Shown here piece after piece: positions 25,017 to 36,238 of a stretch of DNA of 64,000 bases. The translations under genes were made by a program, and so were the position numbers. How positions within the stretch are numbered: the first letter of the stretch is position 1; every line of letters begins with the position of its first letter. The stretch is taken from the NCBI GenBank assembly GCA_026025795.1, contig JAPEUG010000055.1, positions 1 to 64,000 of the forward strand, given 5' to 3'. Under the pieces are notes generated by a model. The model had not been told where the DNA came from and did not search any database. It worked only from the letters and a program-made list of their open reading frames with translations. This stretch comes from Thelocarpon superellum. Taxonomy: Eukaryota.

Positions 25017-25154
25017 ATGAGCCGAACAGACCTCTTGCGATTTTTGTCGAAGCCTGCAAAGTCGGTCACGCCCCGCTCTCCTTCAGGCGCCTTCATGAGC
25101 GATCGATGAAATGGGTGGCTAACAATGTGCTCTCCGGTATCCAGGCCCAGATAA
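25017..25154 (+). promoter_or_regulatory. Spliced uORF (MSRTDLLRFLSKPAKPR*) in the SAM decarboxylase 5' leader
   Basis: ATG at 25017; intron 25061-25144 (GTCGGT..GCTAAC..CCAG); stop TAA at 25152-25154; no ATG between this stop and the SPE2 start. Confidence 0.6.
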
Positions 25155-25548
25155 CTATCCTCCGAATCTCAATCACCTTTGTTCTTTCCCCCAGTTCAAC
25201 TCCCAGTCGAACAGGATCCTCGTCTGCTGGACCCGGTACTGGAGAGGGTATCGGTTCCCTAGAGTGCGAGGCCGATCGACAAAGGTCACCATTCCGCCAG
25301 CAAAGATCTCATTTATTCCCCTGTCCGCCCGACCTCCATAACACCCTCCCGGCGAACCCCATCACCTAACATTGCTGCTGGCAACAGCCAGCCTCCACTG
25401 GATCAGGCTCGACAGGCCACGGCCTCCGGCAGGCACCGCGTTGTCTGGTCCGGTTGGTGGGCAAAGCTTGAGCTCAGAAAGCCCGGTGGAAGAGTCCGAC
25501 TCTTACGCGTCCTCTGTTTCTTGAGCGCGCACACGGTCGGCTCTGGAG

Positions 25549-27135
25549 ATGGTCAACTTTGAGATCCCTCAAGACTACACGGCATCTCCATCCGAAGGGA
25601 CACCCCATCTTACCATCAATCGTGAGGCCACGATTGACTTGGACTCGAGCAATGCATTCGAAGGTAGGGTTCGACATGGAGAATCCGAGACGACATGCGC
25701 TGATGGAGTATCAGGCCCCGAGAAATTGCTGGAGGTTTGGTTCAGTGCCTCTCCCAATGCCCTTCCTGCGCCTACCATCACCGGTGGGCTGAAGGCCGTC
25801 GCCACTGAGGAGTGGAAAGACATGTTGGACCTGGTCAACTGCAAGGTCCTTTCCGTGGTGGAGTCCGAGCAGGTAGATGCGTACTTGCTCTCGGAATCCA
25901 GCATGTTTATCTTTCCACACAAGATCATCCTCAAAACGTGCGGCACGACGACGCTGCTCTGTGGTCTTCCTCGGATGCTAGAGATCGCGGCGCTCTCGGC
26001 CGGCTTTCCTCACAGCCCAGCAGATCTTCCAGCCGGCGTTCCGGCCTTTGCCACGCCATACCGCGTCTTTTATAGCCGCAAGAACTTCCTCTTTCCCGAC
26101 AAGCAGCGCGGACCCCACCGCAGCTGGCGGGATGAGGTTCGATATCTGGACAAAATGTTCCTCGGCGGAAGTGCTTACATGGTGGGGCGGATGAACGGCG
26201 AGCACTGGTATCTCTACCTCACCGGACCCGGAACGGAATTGACGCCTCCATCGACGCCAGAATACGATCCCGTGCCTGCCACGGAGACCAAGACGCTCCA
26301 CGTACCGGCGGACGATGGAGAGTCTCAGGTCGGAGTCGGCCAGGCGATGTGGGATGAGGTGCCGGACGAGACGCTGGAAGTGCTCATGACCGATCTCGAC
26401 GCGGAGAACGCCAAAAAGTTCCATCTCGACCACGCGAGTGCGGTCGCGGACGGTCAGTCTTTTGGCTCTTCCACCAATGGAGGGCGTGCAGCGAGTGACG
26501 GGGACGGGTTTGATGTCTTCAGCAACACGAATCCGGACCTAGGAGCGCTTCCCTTGACAGTCGCGGGCCAGGCCGCCCCGCCTGAGCTGTCCACGGAAGG
26601 CCACGCATTGGGGACCATGGTGTCGGAGGCGTGTGGACTTTCCGAGGTCTATCCAGCCTCCAAGTATCCGGATGCACGGGTCGATGCGTACTTATTCAGC
26701 CCGTGTGGATTCTCCGCCAACGGCGTGGTGCCAGCCTCGGACGTGGGCAACACGAAACGCACGCACTACTTTACCGTCCACGTCACACCGGAGCCGCACT
26801 GCTCTTACGCGTCCTTTGAGACGAACGTGCCCGGCCGCCAGAGCGGGCGCGAGACGGCCGAGGTGGTGGAGCAGGTGGTGAAGATCTTCCGACCGGGCCG
26901 GTTCAGCGTCACGCTGTTCGAAGCCAAGTTCGAGGCCCCCGACGGCGCGGGGCCAGAGTACAAACAGAACGGATTCAGCACGGCGATGCGTAGCGCGCGC
27001 ATGGATTGCATCAAGGGCTACCGGCGCATCGACCGCATCGTGCATGATCTCGACGGCTACGACCTCGTCTTTCGCTACTACGAGCGCGACGACTGGCGGG
27101 GCGGGGCGCCACGGCTGGGCGAACGCGCTCTCTGA
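25549..27135 (+). CDS. SPE2: S-adenosylmethionine decarboxylase proenzyme (51-nt in-frame intron 25664-25714)
   Basis: AFEG|PEKLLEVWF, pyruvoyl self-cleavage site YLLSE-SSMF, LKTCGTT, FSPCGFSAN, HVTPEPHCSYASFETN. Confidence 0.97.
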   Translation: MVNFEIPQDYTASPSEGTPHLTINREATIDLDSSNAFEGRVRHGESETTCADGVSGPEKLLEVWFSASPNALPAPTITGGLKAVATEEWKDMLDLVNCKVLSVVESEQVDAYLLSESSMFIFPHKIILKTCGTTTLLCGLPRMLEIAALSAGFPHSPADLPAGVPAFATPYRVFYSRKNFLFPDKQRGPHRSWRDEVRYLDKMFLGGSAYMVGRMNGEHWYLYLTGPGTELTPPSTPEYDPVPATETKTLHVPADDGESQVGVGQAMWDEVPDETLEVLMTDLDAENAKKFHLDHASAVADGQSFGSSTNGGRAASDGDGFDVFSNTNPDLGALPLTVAGQAAPPELSTEGHALGTMVSEACGLSEVYPASKYPDARVDAYLFSPCGFSANGVVPASDVGNTKRTHYFTVHVTPEPHCSYASFETNVPGRQSGRETAEVVEQVVKIFRPGRFSVTLFEAKFEAPDGAGPEYKQNGFSTAMRSARMDCIKGYRRIDRIVHDLDGYDLVFRYYERDDWRGGAPRLGERAL

Positions 27136-27404
27136 GGGGACTCGTCCTTGCCCTTCACGTCTCTCCTTTCCTTCGCTTCGCTGCTTTTTCGATCTTTCCC
27201 CTGCCGCTTTCTAGCGGTACTCACTCGTTCACAAGGCCACGTTGACCGATTTCATGGACGAGACACACCCTCGTGTGAAGCAGGTAGGAGCAGTAGCAAT
27301 GGCTGTGACGTGATGTGACGTGACACCAGCCCCAACGGCCTAGCTCGATATATGACGCTCGTTTCACTGTAGTGTCCTATCATGATCCCACCATGATCCT
27401 ACCA

Positions 27405-27456
27405 TAAAGACCAACCGTAAAGTCCCACCGTAAAGCCCCACCGTAAAGACGCACCA
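27405..27456. repeat. 13-bp minisatellite TAAAGNCNCACCG-like, 4 copies
   Basis: taaagaccaaccg taaagtcccaccg taaagccccaccg taaagacgcacca, preceded by two catgatcc(c/t)ac units. Confidence 0.85.
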
Positions 27457-27490
27457 TGATCCCATCGTGGCCCCCATCAAGTCACCCCCA

Positions 27491-28471
27491 TCAGCGAAAG
27501 AGGCGCTTGCCGCCCGTAGCACTGGGGTAGCCATTCATAGCAACGAGGCTCAAGCCCTGAAGCCCCGCACCACCGCCCTCCTTGTGCTTCTTGTAGCGGC
27601 GGAGGGCCTCGCGGAGATGATCGGGAAGGAGCGGGCCGCGGTCTTTCTCGGGCACGGGCTCGCCGGCCTCGGCCGCCATCCACTCTCCTTGCACTTCGCG
27701 CGCAATCTCCATCAGCTCGCCGATGAAGACTTTGGTGAAGCCGTTGATCGTCTTGACTACCACTTCCGACACGGATTGCGACAAGGTTTGGTTGGTGATC
27801 TGGTCAGAGAGGAGTCAGTTGCAGTAGCACGCTTTCTGTGCGGGAGGACGACGTACCTTTCGCACCGTCGGCGGGTGCAGCTTCGCGCGGCGGAAGTAGC
27901 TGTATCGGTCGCTCTGGTCCGCGTCGAAGGCCCCAACCAAGATCCTGCCCGAGATTAGCCTTTCAGGGCGGGGATGTGAGTGGAGTGGCAGTAAGGGTCA
28001 AGCCTACTCTAGCTTCTGGCGCTCTTGGTCGTCGTTCGCTCTCTCCCCGTCGGCCACCATTAGACCGGCTTCGGCGTCGGCGTCGTCTTCTTCGTCTTCC
28101 TCTTCGGCCCCGGCGGTTCCTCCTCCGCGACCATCCACCACGCTGGCACTACCCGCGCGAGTCTTGTCGTCGACGATGCTCCCACCAGTCGTGCTCGGTG
28201 CGTTGGATTTGCCTTTGCGACCCCGGCGAACACTCCCGCCCACGACGGAGCTTGAGATGCTCGGTGAGCGTCCGGGAATCCGCGCACTTTGCTCGGGTGG
28301 GAAGGATGTCTGTCGTAGTGGATGGGCACTCGCGGAAGCAACGGAGGGAGTTGAGGGTTTGCGCCGCTTGGAGGGATTGTTCGTCGACGAGGTGGAGGAT
28401 CGTTTCTTGGGTGGGAGGGAGGGTGGCGTTGCCTGGGGCGGCGACATGGCTAGATTCGTGGGTGACGACAT
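27491..28471 (-). CDS. TAF11: TFIID subunit TAF11 (2 introns)
   Basis: AFDADQSDRYSYFRRAKL, ITNQTLSQSV..GFTKVFIGELMEIAREVQ, GPLLPDHLREALRRY histone-fold motifs. Confidence 0.92.
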
Positions 28472-28888
28472 CTTTTGAGCTTAGGACGGGGTTCTGGATG
28501 TGTATGGAACAAATCACTGGCTTCCGAAGTGCTGGTTGTTCACGAGGCGAGGTGGTGAGTGACAACGATGACGGCGGAGGTTTGGAGGATTCACGGGTTG
28601 TATATCAGGAGTTGTCAATGAAGTGACGGGTACGACACTAAGCTGCGGCATGTTAGCAGGGATTGCGTGCGGTAAGTTTGGACAGCCGGTCCTTCCCTTA
28701 GCTGGGTCGCTTGACTACGCCGCGTGAGCCAGGGTTCTTAGGGTAACATAGCTGGTGGTTAAATCAGTCAATGGTCGGTCCGCCGCTTGAGCTCTAATCC
28801 GGTGTCTTGCAAGTCAATCATGGCGTAACATCCACCTCGACCATGTCAGCTCGACCTATGTGGATCCGCTTATGTCTCTACAACGGTC

Positions 28889-29724
28889 ATGTCTACTAGA
28901 CTTGGTAGTCGACCCCGTTTGTATCTAGGTGACCACCCTCTAAGAAGCTTACGTCCAAAATGGCGTCGGTGTCTGAGTCGTCCGTTTTCTATACGAGGTC
29001 CCCTTCGATCAGAATCTCAAAATGCTGAGCGGAAATATGGCCGTGTCGATCGAGTCATCTCACGAGGTATGGAGTCGTGATCCGCCTTCCATCCTAGTCC
29101 TGTATCTCCCTTTCACTGACTCCAACCCGAGTGCCCCGCTTCCTCCGTGGATATGTCACGCCCCTTCGACAAGCTCCTGTGACCCACGTCACGTCTTTTC
29201 TTCTGCTTCATGAAATTACCGCGGTGGCTCCTCTATTTGCGTTGGCTGCTCTGTTCCACTACACCCAATGGCTCCCCCCCTTCATCAGTGAAGGTAAGTG
29301 GGTGAGTGAAGGCGTGGAGAAGTTTGGACGGTACTTTCGGAAGAAGGGATGGTTGGGCGAGGAGGGGCGTGGGAGGTACAAGTGGTGGGGTCGAGGGGAA
29401 GGAGGAGTCAAGATTGTGATAGAGTACGTCTCGCGGCATTCGCCAGCCAGATGCCCAGAGACTGATGTGAACCTTGCCAACAGATTTGCCACGGCCTACG
29501 CCATCACCAAAGCCCTGCTGCCGTTGCGACTCATCCTCAGCGTCTGGGCGACTCCATGGTTTGCTAGGACCGCGATAACGCCATCTGTTGGCTTGTTCTG
29601 GAAAATGGTCGGGAGAAAGAGCACGAAAGTCGGACCTTCGCCGGCTGCAAAGGCTCCTCCTGCGAGCCAAGCGCCGACCGGTGGAGGAGACAGGACGCCA
29701 AGGTCAAAGGGCGAGGGGCAATGA
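28889..29724 (+). CDS. MRX11: FLILHELTA-family mitochondrial protein (Mrx11-like)
   Basis: SFLLLHEITAVAPL and ATAYAITKALLPLRLILSVWATPWFA; Arg-rich first exon from 28889 (start uncertain). Confidence 0.8.
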
Positions 29725-29888
29725 AGCGTTTCATGCGTAGATGAATGATTTGTACATGAGTAGCGTATTGTGGACCGGTTCCGATATACTCGCGGAAAAT
29801 GACGATGAAGCGCGGCCGCGGCAGTCCGAGTATCAACCAGCATTCCTCCTGACTACCATCTGGACCTGCTTGCCCCGCTGATGTCAAG

Positions 29889-31268
29889 ATGACAGCACCC
29901 ATGAGCCTACGAGCTTTCCTCGGCGAAGCTCGAGTAGCCCTCCGCGGCGCCATTGAGGCCTCCCAGAAAGTGTCAATTGTCATTGGCAATGAATCGGCAG
30001 GTAAGCTACCCCGCTACCTCGCGCTTGAACCTTGGACGGGATCCTAATTCTGCCCAGACCTCGACTCCCTTTCAAGCTCTATGCTCCTGGCCTACATCCG
30101 AACGCTCTCATCACGCCTACGACCATCGAAGCTACCGTTCAGAGACCACTACATCCCCCTGCTGAACATCCCCACAGCCGATATCACGATTCGACCGGAG
30201 TTCCTCAGCCTTCTGAAGCATGCTGGGCTGGAACCGTCACACTTGATCACGCTCGATGATCTACCGCAGGAGAATACCAAACACTCCCTCCAGCCCGAAA
30301 ATACACGATGGATCCTGGTCGATCACAATGTGCTGCAAGGCTCGCTCGGGTCGATCTACGGAGGGAGAGTAAGGGGGGTAATTGACCATCACGAGGACGA
30401 GGACACGGTGCCGGAGGACACAGGAGACGAGCCACGGATCATCGAGAAGAGCGGGAGTTGCGCAAGCCTCGTGACCAACTACTGCCAGCAGGCGTGGGAC
30501 GAGCTCTCGAGCTCCGCGATGACGTCCCGTGCTACCTCTCATATGGACGGCCCCTGGGACGCGCCAATTGCCATAATGGCCCTTGCGGCGGTTCTCATCG
30601 ACACGTCGAACCTGACCTCAGCAGCCAAGACCACCGAGCACGACATCAAAGCCGTGCAGTACCTCGAAAGCAAGCTCGCGCCAGCCCCGCACATGACGTT
30701 GCAGAAGCCCGTCCGCAAGGGGCTCTATAAAGAGCTCAACAGCGCCAAACGCACCATCGACCACCTCAGCCTGCAGGAACTACTCCGCAAGGACTACAAG
30801 CAGTGGAGCGAGCAAGACGACAAGCGCCTGGGCATCAGCACGATCGTCAAGCCCATCTCATGGCTCTGTGCCAAGGCCAGCCAGGAGACTACGCCAGAAG
30901 GGCAGTCAAGCGGTGATACGGACCCGAGTGCCTTTTTGGACGGGGTGCACAGCTATGCGATGAGTCGCAACCTGGACGTCTGCGCCATCATGACGACCTT
31001 CAAGGCCCAAGAGAGTGGCCATCAGCGCGAGCTATTCATCTGGGCGCTGGACCAGGCGTGTGTGCCGCTCATGCAGGGCTTTGAACGCATGGCAGGAGAT
31101 CTGCTCCGCTTGCAGGAGAAGAGCGAGTTTAGGTCGTCCCCGTCGGAGAAGGAGCCACATCAGACGGGATGGAGGAAATTTTGGCGCCAGGCCGACGCTT
31201 CCCAGAGTCGCAAGCAGGTGGCGCCTTTGATTCGGAAGGCGTTGAATAGTGGGGCTGGAACTTCGTAG
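29889..31268 (+). CDS. PPX1: Exopolyphosphatase (DHH/DHHA2), 1 intron
   Basis: IVIGNESA|DLDS, LVDHN, GVIDHH, GSCASLV, LLRKDYK, SRKQVAPL. Start 29889 or 29901. Confidence 0.93.
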
Positions 31269-31504
31269 CACGATGCTGGCAGGCGACTTCCATTCTCGAT
31301 TGATGTATCGTAGCATGATCAACAGATTTGGCGACAGAGACAGGTGCTGGGGTCAACTCTACGTGCTGGAACGTCTTGAGTGTTGTCCATTTCGGCCTAC
31401 TTTTCGTCTAGTTTGCTCATGATTGAAGGACCGTGGGGAAGTGGGAGAAGACGGAGCACAGCCGCTCAGGACGACATCAACCACTCCTGTAGCCATTTTT
31501 CGGC

Positions 31505-32365
31505 TCATGGCTTCTCGTAGATCCAGTCATTCTGGGCACTCTTCCACTTGATCACCTCCTCGGGCTTGAACCACAGCGCAATCTCGTGCTTGGCCGTCTC
31601 GACGCTGTCAGAGCCATGGCACACGTTGCGTCCGACATCCTGATGGATCAGGTCAGTAGGTGTCAAACGGCGAGGCGGGATGATACAGAGCACTCACGAT
31701 GGCAAAGTCGCCGCGGATCGTACCAGGAGCCGACGCCAGGGGGTTGGTGGCACCCAGCAGCGCTGTGAGGGAGCATGTCATTAGCCTGATATGCGGAGAG
31801 TACACCACAGGGCTTACTTCGTCCGGTCTTGACGGCATCTCGGCCTTCCCAGACCATGGCGCAGATGGGCCCCTTGAGCATGTCTAGGTCGGATTAGTTT
31901 GGGGCGGATTGGAGACTTGGCAGGCGTTGATGAACTTACACTCGATCAGACCGGGGAAAAAGGGCTTGCTCGAGAGATCCTCATCTAGTTTACCCGGCCG
32001 TCAGTGTTGATAATACTCCGTGCGACGTAAACACTCACAATGCTTCTCTAGGTGGGCTCGGCCGGGCTCGACCAGCTTGATGGCAGCGAGCTTGAAGCTG
32101 GCAAGACATTAGGACGCCGGAGCATGATCAAAACATATGTCTTCCTACCCTCGTTGCTCGAAGCGAGAGATGATTGGGGCGATCAATCCACGCTGTACAC
32201 AAGCCATCAATCAAGGCCGTAGAAAGGTCGATACGTCCGTCAGGACGAGCAGCCGTACCTGAACGCCATCAGGCTTAATCGCGATGAAGCTGGGCAAATT
32301 GTGAGCTTCACCGCCTTTCTTCCGAGAAGGTGGAGCAGGAGCACTCACGTCTGCTCCGTCGCCAT
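31505..32365 (-). CDS. NDK1: Nucleoside diphosphate kinase (8 exons)
   Basis: [40 protein letters not shown], catalytic NVCHGSDS. Confidence 0.97.
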
Positions 32366-33094
32366 GTTTGCCTTTTCGGAACTCTGTTTCTGGGATTCAA
32401 GGGTCTGGTGAAGATATCCTCGAGTCTTGATGCTGAGCTTCTCAAAGATGGGTGGATCGGTCATGCCCGTTTGTGAAGGAGAACTGGTGGAAGTGGAGGA
32501 CGAGAGGTGGAAGATTGGTGCGGCGGGGGTTGGAGAGGATGGTTGCCAGGTGGATGAAGTGGGGGGATGGAGGGGAACGTGGGACCACACTGGACTGCTG
32601 CAGCTAGCAACGTTTGGTCCAATTGTGCAGTCTAGCAACCACGCAGCAAACCGTAGTCGAGGCGGGCGCTATGCTCGGTCGCGGCATGGCCTAGCGTCGC
32701 TAACTGAAGTCGTCCGAGTCCTAGGTAGGACTCGGACACGTCGGTTTGAGGCATCGCCGGGCTATTGGAGGGTCGGAACGGCTTGGTCAGACCCTCAAGT
32801 TAGCAAACCCTTGCATGGGCTGCACGTAGAGTGTACAGCGTCGGTCGCTGGAAGCTGTAGGGAAGCGCAACCTCTAGTAAAGTTGCGACGCAAGAGCTCC
32901 GCTGTAGGTGAAGCTAGTCGATCGTTGGCCCCTCCGTGGCAGGGAAACGGGAACACATGTCGATCTTGGCTCCTCCACTTGACAGTCTGGCCTGACGAAA
33001 TCCGTCTCCTTCACTCGCTTCCCTTGCCCTTCCCCCTCTCCATCTCCCTTCGTCTGATGTTGCGTGTGTGACATCACCAGGAAGGTTGGAAGTG

Positions 33095-36000
33095 ATGCAC
33101 CGTCTCCGCTCACCGTCGTCATGGACGGCGTCTTTCTTCCTGTTATCCTTCCTTTCCTGTCTCATAGCCCCTGTGGGTGAGTAGCTCTCCCCACGTCGCC
33201 CGTCGCCTGTCGATCCGTCACGCTGACGTCTCCGCCCGCAGTCACGGTCAAGCATGAGAACTTTAAGACGTGCAACCAGTCAGGCTTCTGCAAGCGGAAT
33301 CGAGCGTACGCCGACGCCGCCGGCGCTCTGGGTTCCTCATGGGAAGCCCCATATAGCCTCGCTCCCGACTCTGTTCAGCTCGAGAATGGTCAATTGACCG
33401 GCATCATCTCCAAAACTGTCATCCCTGGGAACGAGCTGGTCCGCCTCCCGGTGACCGTTGCTCTCCTCCAGTCTGGCACTGTGAGAGTGACCGTCGACGA
33501 GGAGCGGCGACAAAAGGGCGAGATCGAGCTGCGGCATGGCAGTCAGGCCCGGAAGGAGCGATACAATGAAGCCGCCAAGTGGGCCATTGTCGGTGGGCTC
33601 GAGCTTGATCCTGCCGCCAAGCTAGGGGAGCAGACCGCTACCTACACCGTCGTTCATTACGGCCCTGACCAATCGTACGAGGCCGTCATCCGTCACAAGC
33701 CCTTCGGCGTCGACTTCAAGCGGGACGGCAAGGTCCACGTTGTCTTCAACGAGCGAAACTTGCTCAACGTGGAACACTGGAGAGCCAAGGCGGAGCCCGA
33801 GATCAAGGAAGGAGATGCGGCGACCGAGGGAGGGGAAACGAAGCCGGCCGACAACGAGTCCGATGCCACCCTGTGGGAGGAATCCTTTGGAGGTAATACC
33901 GACACCAAGCCCCGAGGCCCTGAGAGTGTGGCCATGGATATCACCTTTCCCGACTATGCGCATGTCTTTGGTATCCCCGAGCACGCGGGACCGCTGTCGC
34001 TACGAGAGACTCGGTGAGTACTGGTGAAGAAGGTGGAAAGCGTCGAGACTGATGTCATGCCAGTGGCGGCGATGGAAACTACAACGAGCCATACCGCATG
34101 TACAACGCGGATGTTTTTGAGTACGAGATGGATAGTCCGATGACGCTGTATGGCTCGATTCCTTTCATGCAGGCTCATCGAAAGGATTCCACCGTCGCCG
34201 TCTTCTGGCTCAATGCGGCCGAGACGTGGGTGGATATCGTCAAGTCGCGCGGCTCCGCCAACCCGTTGAGTCTGGGTACCTCGGGCAAGACAGACTCGCA
34301 CACACATTGGATGTCGGAGAGCGGTTTGCTCGACATATTTGTCTTTCTGGGTCCCACGCCTCAGGCCATCACCAAGGCGTATGGGGAGTTGACGGGGTTC
34401 ACGCAACTGCCCCAGCAGTTTGCCATCGCCTACCACCAGTGCCGCTGGAACTACGTGACGGATGAAGATGTGAGGGATGTCGACCGCAAGATGGACAAGC
34501 TCAAGATCCCTTACGACGTCATCTGGCTCGACATTGAGTACACGGACGGCAAGAAGTACTTTACCTTTGATTCGCATACCTTTGGAGATCCACTAGGGAT
34601 GCAAGAGCAGCTCGATCAGCGGAATCGGAAGCTAGTGGCCATCATCGACCCACACATCAAGAACGAGGCCGGCTACCATGTGGTGGACGAGCTGAAGAGC
34701 AAGGGGTTGGGGGTGTTGAACAAGGATGGCCAGATCTACGAGGGCTGGTGTTGGCCGGGCTCGTCGCATTGGGTGGATTGTTTCAACCCGGCTGCGATAA
34801 CGTGGTGGAAGGGACTATTCAAGTATGAGGCCTGGCTGGGCACGTCGTCCAACACCTTTCTATGGAACGACATGAACGAGCCGTCAGTATTCAACGGGCC
34901 GGAGACGACGATGCCAAAGGACAACTTGCACCACGACAACTGGGAACATCGGGATGTGCACAATATCAACGGCATGACCTTTGTCAACGCCACCTATCAG
35001 GCATTGCTGGAGCGCAAGAAGGGCGTGGTCCGTCGGCCCTTTGTGCTGACGCGATCCTTCTATGCTGGGAGCCAGCGTATGGGAGCGATGTGGACAGGGG
35101 ATAACCAAGCATCGTGGGATCATCTTGCGGCGTCCATCCCCATGATCTTGAGCAACGGCATCGCCGGTTTTCCGTTTGCTGGCGCCGACGTGGGGGGCTT
35201 CTTCGGTAACCCCAGCAAGGAGTTGCTCACGCGGTGGTATCAGACGGGCGCCTTCTACCCCTTCTTCCGTGGACACGCGCACATTGACACGCGGCGCCGA
35301 GAGCCATATCTGGCCGGGGAACCGTACACGAGCATCATCACGCAGGCACTTCGCCTTCGGTACCAGCTCCTTCCGGCATGGTACACGGCCTTCCACCAGG
35401 CCAGCGTGGACGGGACGCCGATCGTCCGGCCACACTACTACGTTTTCCCGGCGGACGAGGCCGGATTCGCTATTGACGACCAATTCTACATTGGAGCGAC
35501 GGGACTGCTAGCGAAACCCGTGGTGACGGAGGGCGCCGAGAGCGTGGATATCTTCATCGCCGACGAGGAGCAGTACTTTGACTACTCGGACTACACCATC
35601 TACAGCGGGCGGGGGCGCAAGACGATGGCAGCGGCGCTGGACAAGATTCCACTGCTCATGCAAGGCGGACACATCATTCCGCGACGCGACCGACCTCGAC
35701 GGAGCAGCGGTCTGATGCGGTGGGATCCATTCACGCTGGTGGTGGCGCTGAGCAAGCAAGGCACGGCGGAGGGATCGTTGTATCTCGACGACGGCGAGAG
35801 CTTTGAGCACGAAGCGGGGGCTTTCATCCACCGACGATTCAGCATGGACGCACCAGCGCAGACGCTGTCGTCCACAGACCTCAAGGACGCCAGCATCACA
35901 TCCAAGCAGAGCACGGCGTACGAGGCCAGTCTGAAGGGAGTGCACGTCGAAAAGATTTTGCTTGTCGGCGCACCGAGTCATTGGAGCGAGCTACGCACCG

Positions 36001-36161
36001 TCCGCGTCCTGGTCGAGGACAAGACGGGTAAGACGGAGAGCACGGCACAGCTGGAATACCATCCAGCGACGGGGAGTGGCAAGGCGACCAAGGCGGCATG
36101 GGCCATCGTGCGTGCTCCGAACGTGCCGATTGCCTCGTCGTGGGAGATTGTCTTCACTTGA
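33095..36161 (+). CDS. ROT2: ER glucosidase II alpha subunit (GH31), 2 introns
   Basis: Signal peptide, NFKTCNQSGFCKRNR, WLDIEYT, catalytic WNDMNEPSVF, WTGDN, GADVGGF, FFRGHAHIDTRRREP. Confidence 0.96.
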
Positions 36162-36238
36162 GCAGGTCGTGGATGAGGGTGAGATGTGGTTAGATCATGT
36201 CTGACGTACTCGTACGTCTACATGTGCAAGATGTATGA

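Noticed and set aside
25664..25714. Apparent 17-aa insertion in the SAMDC FEGPEK motif
   Set aside because: It is an in-frame GT-AG intron with a branch site; several similar in-frame 'insertions' elsewhere in the ORF track are also introns.
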